This document shows positions 1 to 9,490 of a DNA stretch of 64,000 nt, piece by piece. How positions within the stretch are numbered: the stretch's first letter is position 1; the number at the start of each line of letters is the position of its first letter. Source of the DNA: Escherichia coli (lineage in GTDB: Bacteria; Pseudomonadota; Gammaproteobacteria; Enterobacterales; Enterobacteriaceae). Made by a program: the position numbers and the translations under genes. The notes under the pieces are model-generated. The model ran no database searches. It was not told the DNA's origin and saw only the letters and a program-made list of their open reading frames with translations. The stretch lies in assembly GCF_050320075.1 (NCBI RefSeq), contig NZ_CP190018.1; one strand, given 5' to 3'.

Positions 1-256
1 ACATTTTTATATCTGTCAGGTTACTTCATTATGAAAACTGATCATCATCGTTGTTTTTGTTGCAATAGTAGAATACGCGTATTTATTCCTCCATCTCTAT
101 TAATAACGGCAATAAACTGTTCACTTCACTGATATTTAAAATATGTATCCTTTTCAAGCTGTTCAGCGGCGTAAGAAAAAGTATTAATTATGAATTCGAT
201 GATTTAACCATATCTGTCTGATTGGTAATCATCCGTGATTAATGCTGGTCTATTGA

Positions 257-1177
257 TTACGCCAGAACCCTCTCTAGCTTATTCACCGCCGCCACATACT
301 TCGCCGGATTTTTATCTTTAAGCACCGCCAGATTGCGTTGCTTCCAGCGAATAGCCGGAAGATGCTGAATTTCAGGATAGCGATACCGCGACCAGTCAGG
401 GCTGTTTTGCTTAAAACTGAGCAAGAACTCGCGATCCAGATCCGTAAGATGTGACTTCAACGCCTGCGGCAGCAAAGTCGTTACTGACAGAAGCGATTCC
501 AGCGACGTTTCCTGTTGCGTCATCCCTGAAAATTCCTGCGCGTACAACGTGGCGATCCGCTCTGTATCCCAGTTTGGAGCCAGCAACTCGGCGATGGGGC
601 GGGGATGGCCTGCCAGATAACAAAGAAAACCGTCAAAGATCTCCCGCATCAGTCCCGGTTTCTCCAGCATATTCAGCACATCAAACAGATCGCGCGGGTG
701 CTGACGATCAAGCGCAGCGCAGATTTTACCGCCATAAAGATCCGCCAGCGAGACGACACTCATGGTGGTGAAGCCATACTCCATTTCCACACGTTCGCAC
801 ACAGGCATTTCTGCCGGAGGCAACAACAGCCCGCGCCAGACCGGGCTAACCTCGATCTTAATCTTTGCATCAGCGGTATTCACAATGATGCGCTTTTCAT
901 CCGCTTTATTTTCCTGCCGAATCGCGGTGATCCCCGGTCTGCCGTTCAGCGATGCAGTAATCCTCTTCAAAGCGTCGTTGATAGCCGCCAAATCAGTATC
1001 GCGATCCGCAAAGCTCTTGTACGCCAGATCAATATCCACCGACAGACGGGGAAAATCCTGCACAAACAAATTGATTGCGGTGCCGCCTTTCAACGCGAAA
1101 CAGGACTCCTTCGCCACATACGGCAGAGCGGCCATCAACAGTTTGACCTGCCGGGCATAGCTATCACGCAGATCCAT
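257..1177 (-). CDS. abiEii: AbiEii/AbiGii-family nucleotidyltransferase toxin (type IV TA / abortive infection)
   Basis: 306-aa ORF. N-terminal GGTAINLF...RLSVDIDLAYK nucleotidyltransferase signature typical of AbiEii. 14-nt overlap with the upstream AbiEi-like ORF. Confidence 0.8.
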   Translation of the reverse strand: MDLRDSYARQVKLLMAALPYVAKESCFALKGGTAINLFVQDFPRLSVDIDLAYKSFADRDTDLAAINDALKRITASLNGRPGITAIRQENKADEKRIIVNTADAKIKIEVSPVWRGLLLPPAEMPVCERVEMEYGFTTMSVVSLADLYGGKICAALDRQHPRDLFDVLNMLEKPGLMREIFDGFLCYLAGHPRPIAELLAPNWDTERIATLYAQEFSGMTQQETSLESLLSVTTLLPQALKSHLTDLDREFLLSFKQNSPDWSRYRYPEIQHLPAIRWKQRNLAVLKDKNPAKYVAAVNKLERVLA

Positions 1178-1967
1178 CTTCGACTCCTTCCGGTTTAAAT
1201 GCGCGTGGAACAGTAATTTGATAATCCGGCTCCAGCCAGCCGCCGGGTATGATTTGCCGCTTTCCCGTACCTGTTTCTATACCGCTTTGATCAATATACT
1301 GAAAATAAGGGTGTCCATTACGCCGGGCAAGGTAAAGCATCACCCGGTTGGTTTTAACCGAATGGCTGGCGCGAAGCAGTGCCTGCAATTTGCGTGGGCT
1401 GAGAAGATTCAACCCCTGAAACAGAGCATCGGCATGTTCGAACGAGATTAACGAAGGAACGCCGCAGGCGATCTCATACGCGGCCAGTTCCGGAACACTG
1501 CCTGCTAACTGGCGGTCGCCAATTTTCAGTTCCGTAGTAAATGGCGTTACATCAGCGGTAAGGCCTGACGTATACAGCGTGACAAACGTTGCGGATTGTT
1601 CAAAGGCAGAAAACCATCCCGGCAGTTTGACGTAAGCCGGAAGCGCGAGCCAGACCTGCGGCTTACCCTGTTCGGTATAGTGCGCATGACCCTGAAGCGC
1701 AAGGCTGGTTAGCCCCGCCACCCGAACAGGCTTTTCCCACTGCGATTGCAGGCAGTAAACCGCATCCACCCAATCCGGTTCACGACCCGTCCGGCAGTAT
1801 ACGCCGTGAGCGATCCGCCTGAGCCAGCCATTCTTCACATAGAGATAAGAGAGCTTACGATCTATGCCGTTGCGGGTAAGCCATGACTGGAGCAGCACCT
1901 GGCCGGGTAGCGTGTGCTGCATCAGCCAGTTTAGATAGTTTGGCAACTGTCGCCTCTGAATAGACAT
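1164..1967 (-). CDS. abiEi: AbiEi-family antitoxin / transcriptional regulator
   Basis: 267-aa ORF directly upstream of and overlapping abiEii. N-terminal winged-helix-like segment (LTRNGIDRKLSYLYVKNGWLRRIAHGVY) as in AbiEi_4 proteins. Confidence 0.75.
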   Translation of the reverse strand: MSIQRRQLPNYLNWLMQHTLPGQVLLQSWLTRNGIDRKLSYLYVKNGWLRRIAHGVYCRTGREPDWVDAVYCLQSQWEKPVRVAGLTSLALQGHAHYTEQGKPQVWLALPAYVKLPGWFSAFEQSATFVTLYTSGLTADVTPFTTELKIGDRQLAGSVPELAAYEIACGVPSLISFEHADALFQGLNLLSPRKLQALLRASHSVKTNRVMLYLARRNGHPYFQYIDQSGIETGTGKRQIIPGGWLEPDYQITVPRAFKPEGVEDGSA

Positions 1968-2261
1968 TAGTACAAATATTTAAACCAGTGTAGATTCAGG
2001 GATACGCCACAGCAAGAAATAGTTTACTTATTCCTCATTTTGTCGACTAAAAATCGACATTAAACAAAAAATTCAAACTTAATCACTTTCGGGAAAAATG
2101 TGACAAATATATGCTCGGACTGGTTGCGGGGAGCGTGTAACATGGATACAAATCAAAATTATTGCCAGCCTCACTGATGGATTACTGGTGTCAAGAGCCC
2201 CCCTTCGGGCATGAAACGGCTGGCTAATTCTGTACAGACTGTAATCTAAGGACGATAACGC

Positions 2262-5200
2262 ATGACATATCAGGCAATTTTCACTGGCTGGGATGATCTG
2301 ACGATTGAAGACCTTCTGGTCGCTTACCGGAAAGCAAAAGCCGATAGCTTCTTTGAGAATACATTTCCTGTTGCTATCAAATTTGCCGAGTATGAGCAGG
2401 AATTACTTGAAAACCTGCAAAAACTCTTAGATCTTTTGCAGAGCGAAGATGGATTCAGTAGCAATAAGAAGTTGATTGGCAAATTTCGATTGTTACCGAA
2501 AAAATTAACCACAAAGAAAAAACATGAATCCCAAAATGGACACGTCCACTTTTCTAATCCTAAACGAGCAGCCGACCATTTATTTAATAATTTTGATCTG
2601 ATACCAGAGTTTCGTATTATTGGTGACTTCCCGGTTGATAGTCACATTATCTCTGCACTATGGATTAACATGGTCGGGCATAAATTTGATGCCAGCTTAG
2701 ATAACTGTTGCTATGGCGCGCGGCTAAAGCGTATTCGTAATGATGAATTATTTAGCAATGAGCAGGATAATCCATTCCATATCAGTGCCGTGGGTTCTTT
2801 TAGCCCCTACTTCCAGCCCTACCAAAAATGGCGTGGTGATGGCTTAAAAGCTATACGTGACGAGTTGGAAAAAGATCGTGACATTATCGCCGCCTCACTG
2901 GATTTAAAAAGTTACTATCATTTTATTGATCCACTGGCTATAACCTCTGATGATCTCTATAACACACTAAACATAAAACTGACTGAGGATGAAAAAGCGT
3001 TTACTGCACAGTTAGCAGTATTCTTAAAGCACTGGTCTGACGGCGCAGCGGCATTTGGAAAGAAAATAGCGTACAAAACACCTGTTATTAATGGTGGTCT
3101 GGTCATTGGATTAACAGCCAGTCGGATCATTTCAAATATATTGCTACACCATTGGGATAAATTAGTCATTGAAAAACTATCACCAATTCACTACGGTCGT
3201 TATGTCGATGATATGTTCCTTGTAATACGCGATACAGGGACAATTACTAATAATCACGAATTTATGTTATTGCTGCAAGATAGGCTTGGCAATGATTGCG
3301 TTTATTTGAAAAACGAGCAAAAACAAATATGGCAAATACAGCAGGGCGAGCATTTCCAGGGTAAGACCACCATCCAGTTACAATCCGATAAGCAAAAACT
3401 TTTCGTGCTTCAAGGGAGGGCTGGAATAGACCTGCTCGACAGTATCGAAAAGGAGATCTACGAGCTTTCTAGTGAACACCGCTTGATGCCTTCACCGGAT
3501 CAACTGGAACACTCCACCGCAGCTAAAGTCCTTTCCGCTGCCGGTAGTGTAGGTGAAAATGCCGATACTCTGCGCCGTGCGGATGGATTAACCATTCGTC
3601 GTTTGGGCTGGTCACTGCAATTACGCTACGTTGAAACACTGGCACGAGATCTGCCTCCAAGTGAATGGAAAGAACAGCGGGAAGAGTTTTATCAGTTTGC
3701 CTACAACCATATTCTTAGGGCTGATAATCTATTTGCACATTTTAGTTATCTGCCAAGGCTGCTTGGCTTTGCTATCAGTATGAATGAATGGCAGCACGCG
3801 GAAAAAATTGTACTTAAAGCTTACGAATCCATCAACCTGTTGGCATCGGTGATTACTTCAGGTAAGGAAGTGAATATAAATGGTTGCAAAACTCGAGCAG
3901 TAAATGATCTTTGGCGCTGTATAAAAGGCACATTAAGCTGGCTATTTGTTGATGCAGCGACACGATATTACAGTCCTGACAGATTATTTCTTGATAAACG
4001 TTCAAAGAAAGAAGAGTGCCTTGCGGATACATTTTTTAATCATATTTCACAAAGTCTGACGAATCTAAAGGATTTACTGGATCTTCGCTTTGATTCAGCA
4101 GATTTTTATTTAAAAGCGCCATTGGTAGCTCGAGCTGATTTAGCAAAGGAACCTTATAAACAGATCGTAAAGAGTCAGTCGGCAGAAAAACTTGTTAATC
4201 AGCGTGATAGTAAAAAAGAAGTTAAAATACTGAAATTAATGAGCGACTCATCGCTTATTGATATTGACGTTATTAAGCTATTTTTGAAATCAACCAAGAA
4301 TACCCGACTGGAAAAAGTGGCTAAAGGAAATCGTAAGAACGAAAGTTACCTACCTTACATTTTCCCTACACGTCCTTTAACACCCGCTGAAATATCAGAA
4401 CTGGCCCCCGAATGTGTTGGATTACCCTCCACATCCGACAAAAAACCAGATGAGAGACCGTCCACCATTTGGGCAAAATATACTCAAGCATTACGCGGAG
4501 TATGGATCAAACCGACGTTGCTAGCATCGGAGCAGGACTCAGATGAAGCGACAAAAAAAGCTCGGCCTAAGAAATTCATTCATATTGGCACAGACAGGAA
4601 ACATAAAGTTGTCGTTGCGCTAACCAGCATTAAAACAGAGGAGGACGACTGGGCTAAAATGGCCTGCAATAAATCTAACTTGTCCCGTTCAAGGTACCAG
4701 CGGATTTCTGAACTGGTTAATGCAACATTGAAACTATCTCCTAAACCTGATTATGTTTTATTCCCTGAGCTTTCAATCCCGTTACGCTGGGTTAACAGTA
4801 TTGCTGATCGTTTGAGTTCGGCGGGTATCAGTCTAATTGCGGGAACAGAATACCGCCACTTAGACGATAATCAACTGAAGAGTGAGGCCGTACTTGTCCT
4901 TTCAGATAACAGACTCGGCTATCCAGCGAGTGTCAAAATATGGCAACCCAAGCTGGAACCCGCCGTAGGTGAAGATGAGGCATTATTTTCAATTTATGGT
5001 AAGTCTTGGGATTCGACACTTAATGTTAAACAACGTAAGCCGGTATATATTCATCACGGCGTCAATTTTGGCGTTATGATTTGCTCTGAACTCCAGAATA
5101 GTAAAGCGAGGATCCGTTTTCAGGGCGCACTCGATGCATTAATGGTATTGAGCTGGAATAAAGATCTAGATACGTTTGCATCGTTGATTGAATCAGCAGC

Positions 5201-5471
5201 GCTGGATATTCATGCCTATACTATTTTAGTGAATAACCGAAAATACGGCGATAGTCGCGTACGTTCCCCGGCAAAAGAACCCTTTATGCGTGATATTGCT
5301 CGTGTGAAGGGCGGTGATAATGACTTTGTGGTCGCTGCAACGCTGGATATCGACTCGTTAAGGGCATTTCAGAGCAGGGCAAAACGCTGGCCTAAAGGCG
5401 GCGATAAATTCAAACCGTTACCTGAAGGATTCCAGTTGGCAAAGAACCGCAAAAAGCTACCGCCAAAATAA
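2262..5471 (+). CDS. Reverse transcriptase fused to a C-terminal nitrilase (C-N hydrolase) domain; defence-associated RT architecture (UG/Abi, DRT type 1-like)
   Basis: 1069-aa ORF. RT motifs: LDLKSYY (A), GLVIGLTASRIISNILL (B), YVDD at nt 3201-3212 (C). C-terminal FPE (E836, nt 4767-4769) and MICSE (C941, nt 5082-5084) fit the nitrilase-superfamily Glu/Cys. Confidence 0.85.
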   Translation: MTYQAIFTGWDDLTIEDLLVAYRKAKADSFFENTFPVAIKFAEYEQELLENLQKLLDLLQSEDGFSSNKKLIGKFRLLPKKLTTKKKHESQNGHVHFSNPKRAADHLFNNFDLIPEFRIIGDFPVDSHIISALWINMVGHKFDASLDNCCYGARLKRIRNDELFSNEQDNPFHISAVGSFSPYFQPYQKWRGDGLKAIRDELEKDRDIIAASLDLKSYYHFIDPLAITSDDLYNTLNIKLTEDEKAFTAQLAVFLKHWSDGAAAFGKKIAYKTPVINGGLVIGLTASRIISNILLHHWDKLVIEKLSPIHYGRYVDDMFLVIRDTGTITNNHEFMLLLQDRLGNDCVYLKNEQKQIWQIQQGEHFQGKTTIQLQSDKQKLFVLQGRAGIDLLDSIEKEIYELSSEHRLMPSPDQLEHSTAAKVLSAAGSVGENADTLRRADGLTIRRLGWSLQLRYVETLARDLPPSEWKEQREEFYQFAYNHILRADNLFAHFSYLPRLLGFAISMNEWQHAEKIVLKAYESINLLASVITSGKEVNINGCKTRAVNDLWRCIKGTLSWLFVDAATRYYSPDRLFLDKRSKKEECLADTFFNHISQSLTNLKDLLDLRFDSADFYLKAPLVARADLAKEPYKQIVKSQSAEKLVNQRDSKKEVKILKLMSDSSLIDIDVIKLFLKSTKNTRLEKVAKGNRKNESYLPYIFPTRPLTPAEISELAPECVGLPSTSDKKPDERPSTIWAKYTQALRGVWIKPTLLASEQDSDEATKKARPKKFIHIGTDRKHKVVVALTSIKTEEDDWAKMACNKSNLSRSRYQRISELVNATLKLSPKPDYVLFPELSIPLRWVNSIADRLSSAGISLIAGTEYRHLDDNQLKSEAVLVLSDNRLGYPASVKIWQPKLEPAVGEDEALFSIYGKSWDSTLNVKQRKPVYIHHGVNFGVMICSELQNSKARIRFQGALDALMVLSWNKDLDTFASLIESAALDIHAYTILVNNRKYGDSRVRSPAKEPFMRDIARVKGGDNDFVVAATLDIDSLRAFQSRAKRWPKGGDKFKPLPEGFQLAKNRKKLPPK

Positions 5472-5681
5472 GAAACTGATTTTCGCTATTAATAATCAGG
5501 GTATTTTTGCGTGAGATGTTGGTAAACATGATGTAGCCCTTGCCACTCATGACCAATCGCAGTATCTTTCTCCCGCGCCTGCAAAATCAGGCGTCGGGAT
5601 TAGCCTCCTGAAGAAATCTTATCGGCGACACATGACGCGCCAGCGTCTTTTTTTGTGTTGTTCGCACGGTTACATCTCAAT

Positions 5682-5761
5682 GGTGGGCCGGGCGGGGGCG
5701 TCGCAAGACGCGCCAGTGTCCGATAAGGCTGGTAAGGCTAACCCTGCCCGGTTCCACCACC
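5682..5761 (+). ncRNA. Relic P4-type CI-like immunity RNA (second copy, different specificity)
   Basis: The closing stem ggtgggccgggcgggg / ccctgcccggttccaccacc mirrors the resident satellite CI RNA. An internal ccgataagg...aggctaa is complementary to flanking cttatcgg / gattagcct elements at 5598-5625 and 5767-5807. Confidence 0.4.
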
Positions 5762-5817
5762 CGCGAGATTAGCCTCTCCGGTGGTGGCTTGAACACCCAC
5801 TTATCGGAGGTTGCCCT

Positions 5818-6288
5818 ATGGCTACAATCCTCACCACTGACAGCGATTTACTCGATCTATTGACCGTCCCCTTCAATGCCACCACGGATTTCACTGTCCT
5901 TGCTGACTACTGCGCCCGCTTTGCCGAAACCCTGATTGAAACCGACGATCCAGCGCTACGACTGGCGCTCTGCGGGCGGCTTCACGCGGCTCTTGCGCTA
6001 CTGCAACCCACACTACACGACCCCATCCCACCGCATCTTACCGAAAGCCTGACCGTGGATACCCTTCCCGCCACACCAGAGCACTTTATTTCCGAACCTG
6101 ATTCCTTGTGCGAATACTGCCTCGCACTACTCCAGCTTCTGCTGGAACGTCCGGCGGAACCAAAAATGGAGCAAACCCTGACCGGGCTGCTGTGTGAGCT
6201 GGTCTGGTATTTCACGGAAGGACTCAAAGCCCCACGCTGGCTGCGTACCGCCGACGGCGTAAAATTTATCAGCGAGGTGGCCGCATGA
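5818..6288 (+). CDS. Hypothetical protein (first ORF downstream of the relic CI-like cassette)
   Basis: 156-aa ORF. GGAGG SD at 5806-5810, overlapped by the seqC-like element. The stop overlaps the next ATG (ATGA). No family recognised. Confidence 0.45.
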   Translation: MATILTTDSDLLDLLTVPFNATTDFTVLADYCARFAETLIETDDPALRLALCGRLHAALALLQPTLHDPIPPHLTESLTVDTLPATPEHFISEPDSLCEYCLALLQLLLERPAEPKMEQTLTGLLCELVWYFTEGLKAPRWLRTADGVKFISEVAA

Positions 6289-6425
6289 TGCAACAGGACT
6301 GGCATTCCGCCGACATTATTGCGGTGCTGAAAAAGCGGGGAACGCCTCTGGCGGCACAGAGAAAAACTCATTGCGGAAGCGCTGTAAATATCGCCAGAAA
6401 TCATCTGGCCTTCAAGGTACTTTGA
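6285..6425 (+). pseudogene. Ner/Nlp-like HTH regulator, disrupted
   Basis: The first ~25 codons ([24 protein letters not shown]) resemble Ner/Nlp. The rest is out of frame: LIAEAL then a stop, with [11 protein letters not shown] readable in another frame. Confidence 0.5.
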
Positions 6426-6434
6426 TAGCAAAGG

Positions 6435-6637
6435 CAAGCAGGCTGGTTCAGTCCAGTGTTTCTCTTCTTGCATTTTCAGAAATGGGAGGCTGGGAGTCTA
6501 TCGAAATGGTTCGTCGATATGCTCACCTCGCGCCTAATCACCTTACCGAACACGCACGGCAAATAGACTCAGTCCTGAACCCATCGGTCCCAAATTTGTC
6601 CCAGTCAAAAAATAAGGAAGGTACTAATGATGTGTAA
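6435..6637 (+). pseudogene. Tyrosine integrase C-terminal fragment (P22-type Int relic)
   Basis: Clear nucleotide and protein similarity to the 3' end of int at 55507-55702 ([31 protein letters not shown] vs [31 protein letters not shown]). The N-terminal ~320 codons are missing. Confidence 0.8.
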
Positions 6638-6651
6638 CTTATTGATTTTAA

Positions 6652-6667
6652 TGGTGCGATAAGAGGA
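6652..6667 (-). other. Degenerate thrW 3'-end att copy (distal junction of the P4-like satellite)
   Basis: tggtgcgataagagga vs tggtgccgataatagga of thrW (1 deletion, 1 mismatch). Preceded by the same ttgattt(t/a)aa context seen between int and thrW at 55.7 kb. Confidence 0.5.
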
Positions 6668-6785
6668 ATGAATATTGCAAGTTAACGCATTGATTTATAA
6701 TAGATTATTATATTCAAAAAATATAACTATACACATATCTATACACACTGCGCGCATCGCTTGTTTTTCGCACAATTAAAAATAA

Positions 6786-7086
6786 GAAAAAAGTTTTTTT
6801 TCGAAAGAACTGTTCACACTGTTCACCTTTCTGTTTTCTCCTTTTATTTCAGTTTGATAGGTGGTGAATAATGGGTGAATGGTGAACATTCGATTCTTCA
6901 CCTCCGGCATTCTGCCGGTGTGACTCATACCGGTGATTAATCCCCCGTACTGAAATCACACAGGGAGAAAAAAAGTTTTTTTTGATTTGATTGTTCACAC
7001 TGTTCACCTTTCATTTTTCTCTTTTAATTTCAGTGTGATAACGGGTGAATATACGGTGAAGGGTGAACAGTGGATTGTTCACCTTC
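6786..7086. repeat. crr-like cis replication region: two ~120-bp direct repeats ~60 bp apart carrying TGTTCACC/GGTGAA iterons
   Basis: 6786-6903 and 6968-7086 align almost base for base (aaaaaagtttttttt...tgttcacactgttcaccttt...ggtgaa...ttcacct). Same architecture as P4 crr, downstream of alpha. Confidence 0.8.
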
Positions 7087-7101
7087 GGGGAATTCAGGGA
7101 T

Positions 7102-7126
7102 AAAAAAAGACCGGCAGATGCCGGTC
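7102..7126 (-). terminator. Intrinsic terminator after alpha
   Basis: gaccggc-agat-gccggtc hairpin followed by a T7 run on the minus strand, 17 nt after the alpha stop. Confidence 0.7.
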
Positions 7127-7142
7127 AGATGAGTCATGATGG

Positions 7143-9476
7143 TCAGGTTGTTGCAGGGTCGTCACATTTTGGCAGCCAGTCGCCGTAGCTTTCCTCTTTC
7201 AGCGTCAGGTTGGTCTGTATCCCCTGTTTGGTATGGCGCTTCTCGTAATTCAGTCCGTATTCCTTCAGCATCACCGGCAGCCCCAGCCCGAACATTTTCA
7301 GACTGAGTACATTCCGGTAGCCGTTTGCCTCCATGTAGGCCAGATAGGCGTGATAGAGGTATTTACGGTAATTACGCGGGATGATACTGGCGTTCCCCAT
7401 ATACATGCCGCTGGTCTGCGGCAGGGTTTCCAGATAGCCGATAAAATCAAACGTCGGGTCGGCATCCCGTTTGATGTTCAGCGCCTCGTCTGAGTTCTGC
7501 TGGGACTGAAGCAGTGACCGGGCGAGCATCGGGTCGCTGAACTTCTGCATCAGGTGACGCACGATGACCGCCAGCTCGCGGGTGATTTTGTCCTTAAGCT
7601 GCGGGTCGCGCTCCTGCGGGGCTATCTGTTCCGGGAAGTGAATAATCACCCGCCGGCGTGACACGCCGCCGCTGCGGTCGGTGAAGCGCATCGGGTTATT
7701 GTTCACGGCCAGAATTACCGCCGGGATATGCGTGGAGTATGCATCCCGGTATTTCGGGTCAACGGACACCGCATCGCCGCCGGTGATGGCCTTGAGTCCG
7801 GCACCGTCGCCGCTCCATTTTTCCTGGTCCGGCAGGCGTATCAGTGAGAAGCCAGTTAACGCGGCACGTTCACGCGGGGATTCCAGCGTCTCGATGGTGG
7901 CCGACGTGGCGTTATCCTCCCCGGCCAGCAGGGTGGCTATTTCGGCCATGATACTTTTGCCGCTGCCGCCGGGACCGGTCACCTCCAGAAAGAGCTGCCA
8001 GTCGTAGCGGTTTGCCAGCACCATAAACAGTGCGGCCAGAATCACGTCGCGTTTTTCCGCACGGCCACCGGCGGCACGGTCAAGCCAGCGCCAGAACGCG
8101 GGGGCGTGGGTCTCCAGCGTTTCACCGTCCACCGGCGGGGTGAAATCCACATCGCACAGGGTGCGCATCCAGTGTGACGGACTGTGCGGGTGGAACGTGC
8201 CGTTCTGCGTGTCGAGCACGCCGTTACGAAAGCCAATCAGGCGGCGGGAGGGGGCTTCCTGCTGCGGAATAATCAGCTTCAGGGTGTCCACCACGGAGGC
8301 CACCTTCCCGGAGGAGAACGGCGCGCGCAGACGCTGAAACAGCCCGGCCACATCCCGGGCAAAGTCCTGTGGTGGCAGCACCTTCCAGACACCATTTTCA
8401 TAACGGGACAGAAGCTGGCCGTTGGCATCGACCGCGAGCGCCTCGCCGTAATGCTCATAGATACGCATGGCCTTTTCGCTGGTACTCATGGCGGAAAACT
8501 CCGCTTCGCTCATGGTGTCGAACGGGCTTTCAGCCGGTGGCCGGATGGCATCATAAATGGCCTTACGGGTGGCTTCCCCGCCGTACTGCGTGAAGGCATC
8601 ATTCCAGTCACCGAAGACCGGCGGCAGGGCAACAACGCCCTCACACGCATCTGCGGCTGCGGCGGCTTTTTTCTGGCCGTCACCGCTGAGGTCACGGTCT
8701 GCGGCAAGGACAATCTGACAGGCCGGATGCTTCTGCCGGGCAAGGCTGGCCAGAGAAAGGAGGTTCACGGAAGAAAGCGCCACCATCACCGTTTCACCGG
8801 TCAGGTGATGTACGGTAAGTGCGGTCGCGTATCCCTCCGCTATCCACAGACGTTTTCCGGCCTGATTCTGTCCTTCAAGGGTGTGACAGGTGCCCCTGAC
8901 CTGTCCGCCTTTCAGGGTGCGCTTACGGCCGTCAGCACTGATTAACTGAAGGTTAACCAGTTCGCCGCTGTCGTCATACAGTGGCACCACAAGGTCACCG
9001 GCACGCCAGCTCACGCCACCGGCTCTGTGTGTGCCGGTCAGCATCCGGCATTCCCGGCCGGGAAAGCCCTTGCGGGTCAGGTAGGCGTTACCGGTTCCGG
9101 GACGGGTTTTCGCCATCAGGGTTTGTGCCAGTGCGGCGGCGTTCTTCCGGGCAGCGTCTGTTTCAGCACCGGCGGCAGCCGTCACTGCCGGGTCAGCCGG
9201 GGGCAGGCTGCCGGTCACGGCAGCCACCTTTGCTGCCGCGTCGGACGGGGAAACACCAAACACCTTTTCAACCAGTTTCAGGCCGTCACCGGCACCACAC
9301 TGATTGCAGTACCAGGTGCCGCGCCCCTCCCTGTCATCAAAACGGAAGCGGTCACTCCCGCCACAGACCGGACAGGGCTGATGACGGTTTTTCAGCACCT
9401 GAATCCCCAGCGCCGGGAGAATACGCGGCCAGTGGCCGAGCGCATGGCTGACGGTGGCGGTTACGTTCATTTTCAT
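7143..9476 (-). CDS. alpha: P4 alpha-type primase/helicase/origin-binding protein
   Basis: 777 aa, the same length as P4 gpalpha. N-terminal zinc-binding CPVCGG...CNQCG, TOPRIM-like core and a GPGGSGKS Walker A motif. Confidence 0.9.
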   Translation of the reverse strand: MKMNVTATVSHALGHWPRILPALGIQVLKNRHQPCPVCGGSDRFRFDDREGRGTWYCNQCGAGDGLKLVEKVFGVSPSDAAAKVAAVTGSLPPADPAVTAAAGAETDAARKNAAALAQTLMAKTRPGTGNAYLTRKGFPGRECRMLTGTHRAGGVSWRAGDLVVPLYDDSGELVNLQLISADGRKRTLKGGQVRGTCHTLEGQNQAGKRLWIAEGYATALTVHHLTGETVMVALSSVNLLSLASLARQKHPACQIVLAADRDLSGDGQKKAAAAADACEGVVALPPVFGDWNDAFTQYGGEATRKAIYDAIRPPAESPFDTMSEAEFSAMSTSEKAMRIYEHYGEALAVDANGQLLSRYENGVWKVLPPQDFARDVAGLFQRLRAPFSSGKVASVVDTLKLIIPQQEAPSRRLIGFRNGVLDTQNGTFHPHSPSHWMRTLCDVDFTPPVDGETLETHAPAFWRWLDRAAGGRAEKRDVILAALFMVLANRYDWQLFLEVTGPGGSGKSIMAEIATLLAGEDNATSATIETLESPRERAALTGFSLIRLPDQEKWSGDGAGLKAITGGDAVSVDPKYRDAYSTHIPAVILAVNNNPMRFTDRSGGVSRRRVIIHFPEQIAPQERDPQLKDKITRELAVIVRHLMQKFSDPMLARSLLQSQQNSDEALNIKRDADPTFDFIGYLETLPQTSGMYMGNASIIPRNYRKYLYHAYLAYMEANGYRNVLSLKMFGLGLPVMLKEYGLNYEKRHTKQGIQTNLTLKEESYGDWLPKCDDPATT

Positions 9477-9490
9477 GGTGTTGTTCTCCT

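Noticed and set aside
5982-6473. A 163-aa minus-strand ORF opposite the 156-aa ORF and the Ner-like pseudogene.
   Set aside because: It is an antisense shadow with Ser/Arg/Gly-rich composition, and it spans a pseudogene junction.
6786-7086. Regularly spaced direct repeats that might suggest a CRISPR array (and similarly 11771-11884).
   Set aside because: There are only two ~120-bp units, each internally built from TGTTCACC/GGTGAA iterons. There is no short repeat-spacer periodicity, and no cas genes or leader. The pattern matches P4 crr and ori.
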